Position numbers and translations under genes: made by a program
Shown here: in pieces, positions 30,057-39,241 of the stretch
How the letters are laid out: each line of letters starts with the position of its first letter
Position numbering within the stretch: position 1 is the first letter of the stretch
NCBI GenBank assembly: GCA_016931495.1
Contig: JAFGER010000017.1
Span: 835-64,834, forward strand
Direction: 5' to 3'
Length of the DNA stretch: 64,000 bases
Source: Chlorobiaceae bacterium
GTDB lineage: Bacteria > Bacteroidota > Chlorobiia > Chlorobiales > Chlorobiaceae
The notes under the pieces: generated by a model
Told to the model about the DNA's origin: nothing
What the model saw: only the letters and a program-made list of their open reading frames with translations
Database searches by the model: none

Positions 30057-30158
30057 ATTTTCCGGCATCCCCATTACCTATGGACACGGTGCCAAAAGCT
30101 CTCTTGCGGGACTTGTCCCCGGAGCTTGCCGAAAGGCTTCCCGTGTCCCGTCTGTCCC
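30057..30158 (+). ncRNA. SAM-Chlorobi RNA motif
   Basis: GGACACGG/CCGTGTCC closing stem, GCTC/GAGC, GGGAC-TT-GTCCC and GCC-GAAA-GGC hairpins, directly 5' of metK-ahcY. Matches the context and recalled consensus of the published SAM-Chlorobi motif. Confidence 0.8.
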
Positions 30159-30255
30159 TCCCGGCATTCATTCCCACGTGAACCTCCTTTTCGGCAGCCC
30201 TGCAGGACGCCTGCCGTTCTTGTCGTTCGATTAACAAAAAACCGAAAGGGAAACT

Positions 30256-31470
30256 ATGTCACATTCAAGGTATTACTTTACCTCGGAATCAGTTTCAGAA
30301 GGCCATCCGGACAAGGTAGCCGACCAGATCTCCGATGCCGTGCTGGATGAGTTCATCAAACAGGACCCCAACTCCCGCGTCGCCTGCGAAACCTTCGTCA
30401 CCACCGGTCAGGTGATCGTCGGCGGCGAAGTCACCACCAAAGGCATCGTCGATGTCCAGACCATCGCCCGCAAAACCATCACCGAGATCGGTTACACCAA
30501 GGGTGAATACATGTTTGACGCAAACTCCTGCGGCATCCTCTCGGCCCTGCACTCGCAGTCGCCCGACATCAACCGCGGCGTCGATCGCAAGGAAGAGATC
30601 CAGGACGAGTTCGACCGCGTCGGCGCCGGCGACCAGGGCATGATGTTCGGCTACGCCTGCACCGAAACCCCGGAGCTGATGCCTGCCGCCATCCAGTTCG
30701 CGCAGGAGCTCGTCAGGAAGCTTGCCGAAATCCGCAAGGAGGGCAAGATCATGACCTACCTCCGTCCCGACGCCAAGAGCCAGGTGACGCTCGAGTACGA
30801 CGAAAACGACAAGGTGCTCCGCGTTGACGCCGTGGTCGTCTCGACGCAGCACGATCCCGAACCGGCTGGCATGAGCGAAGCCGATTTCCAGAACGTCATC
30901 AAGAACGACATCATCGAGAACGTCGTCAGGAAGGTTATCCCTGCCGAGCTGATCGACGCGAACACCAAGTTCCACATCAACCCGACCGGCCGTTTTGAAA
31001 TCGGCGGTCCTCATGGCGACACCGGTCTGACCGGCCGCAAGATCATCGTTGACACCTACGGCGGCGCAGCTCCGCACGGCGGTGGCGCGTTCTCCGGCAA
31101 AGACCCGTCGAAGGTTGACCGCAGCGCGGCTTACGCAGCCCGCCACGTCGCCAAGAACATCGTGGCTGCCGGCCTGGCCGACAAGTGCACCGTGCAGGTC
31201 TCCTACGCCATCGGCGTGGCCCGTCCGGTCTCGATCTACATCAACACCCACGGCACCGGCAAGCACGGCCTGTCCGACGCGCAGATCCAGGAGAAAGCCG
31301 AAGCGATCTTCGATCTCCGCCCGCTGGCCATCATCCGCCGCTTCAACCTCGACCGCCCGCACGGCTGGTGCTACCGCGACACGGCAGCCTATGGCCACTT
31401 CGGTCGCGACATCTTCCCGTGGGAAAAAACCGAAAAGGTTGACGAGCTGAAAGCCGCGCTCAACCTCTGA
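30256..31470 (+). CDS. metK: S-adenosylmethionine synthetase
   Basis: [35 protein letters not shown]. Confidence 0.98.
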   Translation: MSHSRYYFTSESVSEGHPDKVADQISDAVLDEFIKQDPNSRVACETFVTTGQVIVGGEVTTKGIVDVQTIARKTITEIGYTKGEYMFDANSCGILSALHSQSPDINRGVDRKEEIQDEFDRVGAGDQGMMFGYACTETPELMPAAIQFAQELVRKLAEIRKEGKIMTYLRPDAKSQVTLEYDENDKVLRVDAVVVSTQHDPEPAGMSEADFQNVIKNDIIENVVRKVIPAELIDANTKFHINPTGRFEIGGPHGDTGLTGRKIIVDTYGGAAPHGGGAFSGKDPSKVDRSAAYAARHVAKNIVAAGLADKCTVQVSYAIGVARPVSIYINTHGTGKHGLSDAQIQEKAEAIFDLRPLAIIRRFNLDRPHGWCYRDTAAYGHFGRDIFPWEKTEKVDELKAALNL

Positions 31471-31554
31471 TCTGAAACCCTCCGAAAGCCTCTGCGGACA
31501 AGCGTCCCGGAGGCTTTCCTCTCTTCCGAAAACACAGAAAAACACGCTGACATC

Positions 31555-32970
31555 ATGACAACAGAAGCAGCAGTGCTCGACTACAAGGTAGCCGATATTT
31601 CGCTCGCCGAATGGGGCCGCAAAGAGATCGAAATCGCTGAAAAAGAGATGCCGGGCCTCATGGCCACGCGCAAGAAGTACGAAGGCCAGAAGCCACTCAA
31701 GGGCGCCCGCATCGCCGGCTCCCTGCACATGACCATCCAGACCGCCGTCCTGATCGAGACGCTCGTCGAACTCGGCGCCGACGTGCGCTGGGCGAGCTGC
31801 AACATCTTCTCGACGCAGGATCACGCCGCCGCCGCCATCGCCGCCGCCGGGGTGCCGGTGTTCGCCTGGAAGGGCGAGACCCTCGACGAGTACTGGTGGT
31901 GCACCCGCCAGATTCTCGAATTTGAAGGCGGCCTCGGCCCGAACCTCATCGTCGATGACGGCGGCGACGCCACCTTGATGATCCACCTCGGCTACAAGAT
32001 CGAGAACGATCCTTCGATGCTTGACAAAACTCCGGGCAACGCCGAAGAGAAGGCGCTCTTCCAGCAGCTCAAAGAGGTCTTCGCCGAAGACAACCAGCGC
32101 TGGCACAAGGTTGCCGCCGGCATGAAGGGCGTCTCCGAGGAGACCACCACCGGCGTGCACCGCCTCTACCAGATGATGGAGAAAGGCGAATTGCTCTTCC
32201 CGGCCATCAACGTCAACGACTCGGTCACCAAGTCGAAGTTCGACAACCTCTACGGCTGCCGCGAGTCTCTGGCCGACGGCATCAAGCGCGCCACCGACGT
32301 CATGATCGCCGGCAAGGTAGTCGTCGTGCTCGGCTACGGCGACGTGGGCAAAGGCTGCGCCCACTCGATGCGCACCTACGGCGCCCGCGTGATCGTCACC
32401 GAAATCGACCCGATCTGCGCACTGCAGGCCGCCATGGAGGGCTTCCAGGTTACCACGATGGAAGAGGCGCTCAAAGAGGGCAACATCTACGTCACCACCA
32501 CCGGCAACAAGGATGTCATTACCCTTGAGCACATGAAGCAGATGAAAGACGAAGCCATCGTCTGCAACATCGGCCACTTCGACAACGAAATCCAGGTCGA
32601 TGCGCTCAACAACTTCAAGGGCGCGACGAAGATCAACATCAAGCCGCAGGTTGACAAGTACGTCTTCGAGAACGGCAACTGCATGTACCTGCTCGCCGAA
32701 GGCCGCCTGGTGAACCTCGGCTGCGCCACCGGCCACCCGTCGTTCGTGATGAGCAACTCGTTCACCAACCAGACCCTCGCCCAGATTGAACTCTGGAAGA
32801 ACGACTACAAGGTTGACGTCTATCGCCTGCCGAAAAAGCTCGACGAAGAGGTCGCCCGCCTGCACCTCGGTCAGATCGGCGTCAAGCTGACCACGCTCAC
32901 CAAAGAGCAGGCCGACTACATCAGCGTACCGGTCGAAGGCCCCTACAAGCCGGAGCACTACCGCTACTGA
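31555..32970 (+). CDS. ahcY: Adenosylhomocysteinase
   Basis: [42 protein letters not shown]. Confidence 0.98.
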   Translation: MTTEAAVLDYKVADISLAEWGRKEIEIAEKEMPGLMATRKKYEGQKPLKGARIAGSLHMTIQTAVLIETLVELGADVRWASCNIFSTQDHAAAAIAAAGVPVFAWKGETLDEYWWCTRQILEFEGGLGPNLIVDDGGDATLMIHLGYKIENDPSMLDKTPGNAEEKALFQQLKEVFAEDNQRWHKVAAGMKGVSEETTTGVHRLYQMMEKGELLFPAINVNDSVTKSKFDNLYGCRESLADGIKRATDVMIAGKVVVVLGYGDVGKGCAHSMRTYGARVIVTEIDPICALQAAMEGFQVTTMEEALKEGNIYVTTTGNKDVITLEHMKQMKDEAIVCNIGHFDNEIQVDALNNFKGATKINIKPQVDKYVFENGNCMYLLAEGRLVNLGCATGHPSFVMSNSFTNQTLAQIELWKNDYKVDVYRLPKKLDEEVARLHLGQIGVKLTTLTKEQADYISVPVEGPYKPEHYRY

Positions 32971-33015
32971 TTCCTGGCGGAACAGAAAAGGCCATCCGAA
33001 AAGAGATAGCCAACC

Positions 33016-33054
33016 ACACAAAGGGCACCCATAAAAGGATGCCCTTTGTGTTTT
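33016..33054 (+). terminator. Intrinsic terminator of metK-ahcY
   Basis: ACACAAAGGGCA-loop-TGCCCTTTGTGT followed by TTT. Confidence 0.85.
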
Positions 33055-33437
33055 ATCTCGCCCATCAAAAAATCTCAAGCTCTGCAAGAAGCTGCTTGAG
33101 ATCAGCGCCCCCACATCGCCACCAAATTAAATCGCTATCACGCAGTAAGCACCTCAAGGAAAAACGATTAGAGCCCTGCTATCCCAGCATTTCTTATACT
33201 CTTAATTTACGCTTATAGCTGTAAAAAAATAATCGGCATAAATATGAAACAATCTTTGCGTAAATTTCGTATTGTTAAAAATATGATACCCCCTCAATCA
33301 TTCAGATTATTACAGTACCGTCCAACATCAAGTACATCCTGTTGTCTTGTAACTGACCGGGTACGTTGAACTAAAGCACCATTTTTCTGCATCGGCACCG
33401 CGATCCATAATTTTTTTCAATTTAAATACCATCACTC

Positions 33438-34232
33438 ATGAAAAGTTCTCAAGTAAAATTGATGCTCGTTTCAGCCCTGCTTGCGTTTACGGCCCCGCAA
33501 GTTGCTCATGCTGAAAACGACTCTGAGCCTGCATTGCCCAACATTCACGGCAAATCGCTGGCCACTCCTACGGGATGGGGCGCAGCTTATGGCACAGTAT
33601 TTGCCGGAATGGGTGGAACGGTTCCAGCCCCCTTTAGTGACAATTCTGACGCAGCGGTTGGTTTTGGAGTAGGTATCGGAAACCCCGTTGACAATCTTGG
33701 ACTGCAAGCAAGCGTTGTTTCGCTTGACCTGAGCGACTGGAAACGATACTCGCTCAATTTCAAGCTGCACCGTTACCTCGGCAATGGAAATTCGATCGCC
33801 ATTGGTGTAAACAATATCATCTTGACCGATTCGGATACTGCCAGTGACGCAAGTGAATGTTATTATATTGTTTATAGCCAGGCCGTACAGGATCCCCATG
33901 TAATCAATGAAGATACGAACATTTCAAAACTGCATTTCAGTGTTGGCGTTGGCTATGGCGAATTCTGGGAGAACATCCCTTCATATAGCAGCATTTATCG
34001 TGAAAGTGAACGTGAAGCCAGGGTATTTGCCAATGTATCATACGAGCTGTTCGATGAATTGAATGCCATTGCAGAATGGGATTGTGAATTTCTCAATGCC
34101 GGCATATCAAAGACCTTTATGGTTGGCCCTCAAAGCGCACTGGTTGCCTCTGTTGGCGCCGGCAACCTGACGGACAGATACGATGATGGAATTCGTTTCA
34201 TCTGGAGCCTCGGTGCCGGTATCATGTTCTGA
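33438..34232 (+). CDS. Predicted outer-membrane beta-barrel protein, function unknown
   Basis: Signal peptide ending AHA, alternating hydrophobic strands, C-terminal Phe (GAGIMF); AT-rich sequence. Confidence 0.65.
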   Translation: MKSSQVKLMLVSALLAFTAPQVAHAENDSEPALPNIHGKSLATPTGWGAAYGTVFAGMGGTVPAPFSDNSDAAVGFGVGIGNPVDNLGLQASVVSLDLSDWKRYSLNFKLHRYLGNGNSIAIGVNNIILTDSDTASDASECYYIVYSQAVQDPHVINEDTNISKLHFSVGVGYGEFWENIPSYSSIYRESEREARVFANVSYELFDELNAIAEWDCEFLNAGISKTFMVGPQSALVASVGAGNLTDRYDDGIRFIWSLGAGIMF

Positions 34233-34265
34233 ACATAGTATGCAATAACCATAATCTATAACGTC

Positions 34266-34526
34266 ATGAAACGTTCAATATTTTTTGCAGGAATGCTTGC
34301 GGCCATGTTTTTCGCTCCTCCTGTTACACCGGAGGCTCTGGCCTTATGCGGAGGTTCAGATGCAGTAACAGGGGCGATGACGCTCCAGTCAGGCATCACG
34401 TGGATCAATTTCCCTCAGGAAAAGGCAGCCCCGCCACCACCTCCCGAGGTGCCGCCCCCGGTTATTGAGCCAACTGAAGAGATGAAAATGGATACAGAGA
34501 AAAAAATCGCTGTACCACGAAATTGA
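34266..34526 (+). CDS. Small exported Pro-rich hypothetical protein
   Basis: Signal-like N-terminus, AAPPPPPEVPPP tract; followed by a strong hairpin. Confidence 0.55.
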   Translation: MKRSIFFAGMLAAMFFAPPVTPEALALCGGSDAVTGAMTLQSGITWINFPQEKAAPPPPPEVPPPVIEPTEEMKMDTEKKIAVPRN

Positions 34527-34539
34527 AAGCAAACCGTCA

Positions 34540-34581
34540 AAATATCCCGAAACCATCTTAAAAAATGGTTTCGGGATATTT
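34540..34581 (+). terminator. Strong hairpin / probable terminator
   Basis: 17-bp stem AAATATCCCGAAACCAT / ATGGTTTCGGGATATTT. Confidence 0.75.
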
Positions 34582-34665
34582 GAGAAATACAGCAATTCAC
34601 CATTCGTGGAATTCCTGAAAATAATTATTCGGCTGCATTTATCTCTATTTTGCGCTTTTAGAAAG

Positions 34666-35382
34666 ATGAACGGGATGTTTGAAAAAGAATTGAAAGCAAT
34701 CTCACGCCGGCCGTTCACAAGGCATCTCTACGCTTTCATCACAACCGCCATCATAGCTTTTCATGTCGGCTCCTTATATGCATCAACAGACAGCATCGTC
34801 AATAAAGAAAATAATGTAATCGGTTCTGACGAAGTTCGTTTTGTCGTTGAAAATGCCATCAACACCGGTGACAACAGGAACAGACCGTTTGCTGTACTCG
34901 ACAAAAAAAATGCAAAAATATATATCTACAGCAGCACAGGAATCCTTCTTGCAGAAACACCGGTATTACTTGGCCTTGCTGTCGGAGATCATTTGGCGCC
35001 AGAAATAGGCAGGCTGCCACTATCGAAGATAGGCCCTTCCAACCGAATAACTCCGGCAGGCAAATATTATGCGGTAATTGGCAAAAACAGCCATGGAGGC
35101 GAGGTGCTTTGGGTCGACTACAGCAGTCGTCTGGCTATTCATCCGGTTGTAACAAACGTTCCGGCGCAACGGAGAATCCAGCGTCTCAAATCTGCAACCA
35201 TCGAGGACAACCGGATATCCTGGGGCTGCATAAACGTACCGAAAACATTTTATAAAAATTATATAAGCAAATTTTTCACGACATCAGGCGGCATGGTTTA
35301 CATCCTTCCTGAAGTGAACGCTCTTAGTGATTATACCTGGTTCAGACAAAATCAGGATACAACGCAGGAGCAAACCCGCTAA
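34666..35382 (+). CDS. L,D-transpeptidase (YkuD-like)
   Basis: FAVLDKKNAKIYIY, ITPAGKY, LAIHPV...NRISWGCINV catalytic His/Cys; start uncertain (34666 or 34675). Confidence 0.8.
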   Translation: MNGMFEKELKAISRRPFTRHLYAFITTAIIAFHVGSLYASTDSIVNKENNVIGSDEVRFVVENAINTGDNRNRPFAVLDKKNAKIYIYSSTGILLAETPVLLGLAVGDHLAPEIGRLPLSKIGPSNRITPAGKYYAVIGKNSHGGEVLWVDYSSRLAIHPVVTNVPAQRRIQRLKSATIEDNRISWGCINVPKTFYKNYISKFFTTSGGMVYILPEVNALSDYTWFRQNQDTTQEQTR

Positions 35383-35535
35383 ATCTGGGGTGCAGCATAA
35401 CAGTCACAAAAAACAGGAGTTGAAAAGCAGCGCTTTGACTCCATTTTTCTTGCACTAACCAAAGCGGCGGATTGCCAATTTTTCTGAACGGCTGCTCCGG
35501 CTCTGATTTTTTACAAGCCTCAGCGTCGTCCTTTT

Positions 35536-36159
35536 TCACCGCACCATGAGATTGCCATAACGCTCCCCCAGCCCGTCGAGCGCTGCTTGCATGACCGAGC
35601 GTTTCGCTTCGCAGAATATCCGGTCTTCGATGCCATCGAGGTTGACCTCGACGTTGGCTTTGGCGCTCTGCAGGCCAGCAACCAGCAAATAGCGGCCCAC
35701 GAAAACGTCGCTCAGCACATTGGGATTTCCGATCTGTTCGAGACGGTCAGCAAGCGGCAGCATGGCGATACAGCGTTTGAACAACTCGAACGGCACTTCC
35801 GAACTTGCCTTGAGCGCCGACTGGATCGCGGCGCGGCGGGCTTCGGCCTCCTCGGGCGCGCTCTTCGGCATACGGTAAACCTGCATGATCGTGCCGAACA
35901 CCTCCATGTCGCGGTCGGCGAGGCTGAGCATCTGGCGGCGGGCGCTTTCGCACTGTTCGAGAATCGAATGCACTTCACGCTCGACACTGGCGAACTTTTT
36001 CTTGGCGACGGTCAGGTTGCAGACCATCGAAAGCAGCGCAACACCCTGAGCCGCCGTCACTGCCGCCGCCGCGCCGCCGCCGGGCGTGGGGTCGGCGCTC
36101 GAAAGCCGGTCGAGGTAGGCTGAGATTGCGGTCGAACCGAGCGTGCCGTCAGGCCTCAT
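35536..36159 (-). CDS. fchA: Cyclodeaminase/cyclohydrolase (FTCD_C, FchA-like methenyl-THF cyclohydrolase)
   Basis: LSSADPTPGGGAAAA, MVCNLT, NVLSD, NVEVNL. Confidence 0.82.
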   Translation of the reverse strand: MRPDGTLGSTAISAYLDRLSSADPTPGGGAAAAVTAAQGVALLSMVCNLTVAKKKFASVEREVHSILEQCESARRQMLSLADRDMEVFGTIMQVYRMPKSAPEEAEARRAAIQSALKASSEVPFELFKRCIAMLPLADRLEQIGNPNVLSDVFVGRYLLVAGLQSAKANVEVNLDGIEDRIFCEAKRSVMQAALDGLGERYGNLMVR

Positions 36160-37039
36160 CGTGGTAGTTCCGGTAGAGTTGCAGGGCGTTTCTCATGCAC
36201 ATGGCCACCGTCATCGGACCAACCCTCGGAATGTAAAGCGCGGCGGCCTCCTTGGCCTCCGGCTCGAAGTTCTGGATGGAGGAAAAGTTCAGGCAGACCG
36301 CGCCCGGCTTCAGCTCTTCGGCCCTGATCTTGTCGAACTGCCTGGACGGCACGCCGGTGATGACGATATCCGATTGCCGCAGCGCCTCTTCACGGCTTAC
36401 CGGCATCTGCTCGTGGCCCGGGCCGTTGACGTCCACCACGAAGCCGCCGTCGATGTCGAACGAATAGACCCGTGCCCCGTCGTTGGAAAGCATGTAGGCC
36501 AGCGGCTTGCCGACCACCTCGGAGCGGTTGAAAATGGTGATCTGCTGACCGCCGAAGGGCAAGCCGTAAGGGATATAGGCGTCGGTCTCTTCAAGCAGCT
36601 TGATGATGGCAAGCGGCGTGCAGGGCAGAATCGCCTTGAACTTCTGCGCCTCGTCGTCGAATCGCTCGTTGGCGTAAAGCTTGGCGATCCAGTACGGGCA
36701 GAGTCCTTCGACATCCTTGTGCGGCGAAATGAGGTTACGGAGTTCCGCATCGCGGCTGTCGCCCCAGATCGGATAATAGACGAAAATACCGTGAATTGCA
36801 GGATCCGAATTGGCCTCTTCGAGCATGCTTCTGACCGATTCGGGGCCGGTTTTGCGAAGGTCGAAGCGGATGCCGACATCTTCGCACCCGGCCCGCGTGT
36901 AGTCGGCGTAGGTTGCCGATGCGGGATCGTCGGAGGCCAGAATGCCGACAATCGTGATGCTCAGCCGTTCATCGCTGATCTCGCGCCGGACGGCGTCACG
37001 AAACGAGGCGGCGACAGGATTCGGGTCAAGTGCTTTCAT
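36149..37039 (-). CDS. folD: Methylene-THF dehydrogenase, FolD family, Mtd1-type (predicted monofunctional)
   Basis: KDVEGL, ILPCTPLAIIKLL, NRSEVVGKPLA, PRVGPMTVAM; lacks the cyclohydrolase YxxxK lysine. Confidence 0.85.
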   Translation of the reverse strand: MKALDPNPVAASFRDAVRREISDERLSITIVGILASDDPASATYADYTRAGCEDVGIRFDLRKTGPESVRSMLEEANSDPAIHGIFVYYPIWGDSRDAELRNLISPHKDVEGLCPYWIAKLYANERFDDEAQKFKAILPCTPLAIIKLLEETDAYIPYGLPFGGQQITIFNRSEVVGKPLAYMLSNDGARVYSFDIDGGFVVDVNGPGHEQMPVSREEALRQSDIVITGVPSRQFDKIRAEELKPGAVCLNFSSIQNFEPEAKEAAALYIPRVGPMTVAMCMRNALQLYRNYHDEA

Positions 37040-37244
37040 GAATCAACAGTGCTGTAGGTGAGAAATCTGTACGGAATGGAAACCGAAGGGGCTGACCGGT
37101 ACGAAGAGCGCTGCGGCGCTTTGAAGGTGTGCGCCAGGAATGAGACATACAGAGCTGCACGGTCTTGCATGGCAGGCTATCGGAATCCGGTCGTTGAACC
37201 GGGTGCTTGCTGCTGAACGGCGCATGGCCCGGTGCATGAGTTTG

Positions 37245-37316
37245 CTGGGGCGGCAGGATTCGAACCTGCGAATGTCGGCTCCAAAGGCCGATGCCTTACC
37301 ACTTGGCGACACCCCA
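37245..37316 (-). tRNA. tRNA-Gln(TTG)
   Basis: TGGGGTGTCGCCAAGTGGTAAGGCATCGGCCTTTGGAGCCGA...GGTTCGAATCC. Confidence 0.95.
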
Positions 37317-37505
37317 TCGTTGACGCTGAGCCGCGTCACAAACGGCTTTGATTATACGGATAAATAGCTAAAAACACAACACGAAGCTGCCGGAAACGGG
37401 AGCGCTCTTTGCGCCGAAACATCGCCCGCCCGAACGGCGCTCTTTTTTGCGACGCTTTTTTATCTTTGGATCTGACCTGCATTGCCGAACTCCAGACAAC
37501 GCCTC

Positions 37506-38186
37506 ATGACCAGAATCAAGATTTGCGGCATCACCCGCCCGGAAGACGCCCTCGCCGCCGCCATTGCCGGGGCCGATGCCCTCGGCTTCAACTTCAGCCG
37601 CAAGAGTCCCCGGCTCATCAGCCCCGACATGGCCCGCGACATCATCGCAAGGCTTCCGCCGCTGGTCACCCCTGTCGGCATCTTCGTCGAGCACTCCCCC
37701 GAAGAGATCAACGGCATCTGCCGCCACTGCGGCCTGCAGGTCGCGCAGCTCCACTCGGATGACTACGGCCCCGAACAGAGCCTGCGCGTCAACGAGGCCA
37801 AGGTGATCCGCGTCTTCCGTCCCGGCCCGGACTTTGGCGTCGATGAGGTTCGAAGCTATGCGGAACGGACGGGCTGCCGGAGCTTTCTTTTCGACGCGTT
37901 CAGCCCCGAAATGGCCGGCGGCACGGGCAGAACCATCGAATCCCCGACTGCGGCGATGCTGTTCGAGCGCACCCGCGAGTTCGGCTGGGCGCTGCTGGCT
38001 GGTGGCCTCAATCCGGAAAATGTCGCCGATGCCGTGCGCCTCGTCAGACCGTGGGGGGTCGATACAGCCAGCGGCGTCGAGTCCGCGCCCGGCATCAAGG
38101 ATGTGCAGAAAATCGCCGGCTTTATCCGCGCGGTTCGTGAGGCTGACCGTGAGCTTGCCGCTTGTCGGCAATGTGCCCGAGAATGA
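37506..38186 (+). CDS. trpF: Phosphoribosylanthranilate isomerase
   Basis: KICGIT, ADALGFNF, SPR, GGTG, LAGGLNPENV, VDTASGVE. Confidence 0.95.
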   Translation: MTRIKICGITRPEDALAAAIAGADALGFNFSRKSPRLISPDMARDIIARLPPLVTPVGIFVEHSPEEINGICRHCGLQVAQLHSDDYGPEQSLRVNEAKVIRVFRPGPDFGVDEVRSYAERTGCRSFLFDAFSPEMAGGTGRTIESPTAAMLFERTREFGWALLAGGLNPENVADAVRLVRPWGVDTASGVESAPGIKDVQKIAGFIRAVREADRELAACRQCARE

Positions 38187-39111
38187 TCTCCGCAGCCGTC
38201 TCGGGCAGTTCGAGCGTGATGAGATGGCCGCAGCCCGGCACGCACAGGTAGGCTCCCGATTGCGATAACTCCATCAGCTTCCTTGCGTTATCGCAGGTCA
38301 TGATGGCATCGCCCTCCCCGGCCACGAACAGCACCGGCACCCTGACCGACCGGACCATCTCCGGCAGCATCCCGGTCGTTTCGAGAGCCGTAATCTGCTG
38401 AGTGGTCTGCTCAATGGCTTCCGATGCGCACAGGCCAAGGCTTTCAAAACCGACGTTGATGTCGTGCATCATGATCGAATTCCTCGAAAGCGCAAGCCTT
38501 GCGAACATATAGGCGGGAAGCCACCAGGTGAGCTTCCGCATCATGTTATTGAAGATGAAATTGATGATGGCAGGCGCGGCCTTCGTGATGAACTCGTTAT
38601 TTGGAAGGTAGCCGAAGTTGAAAAAAGTCATCGACCTGACGCTGTTCGTGTACTTGCCGACATAGTCGAGCGCCACGAACGGGCCGAACGAGAAGGCGGC
38701 AATATGAACGTCCGCGAGGCCGATCGTCCTGATCAGCCCGTCGAGGTCACGGGAGAAATCGGTGATGTGATAGCGGTTTTGCGGATCGTTCTCCGACCAT
38801 CCGTGCCCTTTCATATCGTACGCAATCGTCCGGTACCCTTCGGCATTCAGCGCGCGTATGATATGGTGCCACCACATCCACCAGCAATCCCACCCGTGAA
38901 TCAGCAGCACCGTGCCACGCGGATTTTCAGGCGACGAATCGTGATAGTGGTGCAACAGCCCGCCAACTTCGACGAAGTGGCTGTTCCGCATAAGATCGAG
39001 CTCGTAGGCCGCCCGGTTTCGCTCGCCTTTCGTAGCGGTTTCGAGCCGGTCGAGAAGCCTCAGGCGGTACGCTTTGAATTTTTCGGAGGAGGGGTCGGGA
39101 AGAGTGCTCAT
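38122..39111 (-). CDS. Alpha/beta hydrolase
   Basis: LLIHGW, AYDMKGHGWS, AFSFG nucleophile elbow, GEGD, CGHL. Confidence 0.85.
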   Translation of the reverse strand: MSTLPDPSSEKFKAYRLRLLDRLETATKGERNRAAYELDLMRNSHFVEVGGLLHHYHDSSPENPRGTVLLIHGWDCWWMWWHHIIRALNAEGYRTIAYDMKGHGWSENDPQNRYHITDFSRDLDGLIRTIGLADVHIAAFSFGPFVALDYVGKYTNSVRSMTFFNFGYLPNNEFITKAAPAIINFIFNNMMRKLTWWLPAYMFARLALSRNSIMMHDINVGFESLGLCASEAIEQTTQQITALETTGMLPEMVRSVRVPVLFVAGEGDAIMTCDNARKLMELSQSGAYLCVPGCGHLITLELPETAAEIILGHIADKRQAHGQPHEPRG

Positions 39112-39241
39112 GGTCCAAAGGATGAAGTTCACAGCAACCAGGACAAGCGAGTTCTACCTTAAAGGTAGAAAAAAAATTTCACGCTTTATTTCCCGGCATC
39201 CCGAAAAGCACTCTTTTGCGGAAACTCGAAAAAAAAATCCG

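Noticed and set aside
30295-33114. 939-aa antisense ORF, and similar long shadows such as 2527-3993, 39419-41107, 48890-50581 and 14434-15759
   Set aside because: These mirror highly biased GC-rich genes (metK-ahcY, lpdA, kefC-like, metB-cysK, rqc2) on the opposite strand or another frame, and have no recognisable motifs.
37040-37244. ZTP or THF riboswitch upstream of folD
   Set aside because: No GTGACTGGCG/GCCTGGGC (ZTP) or THF-like consensus seen; probably read-through from tRNA-Gln.
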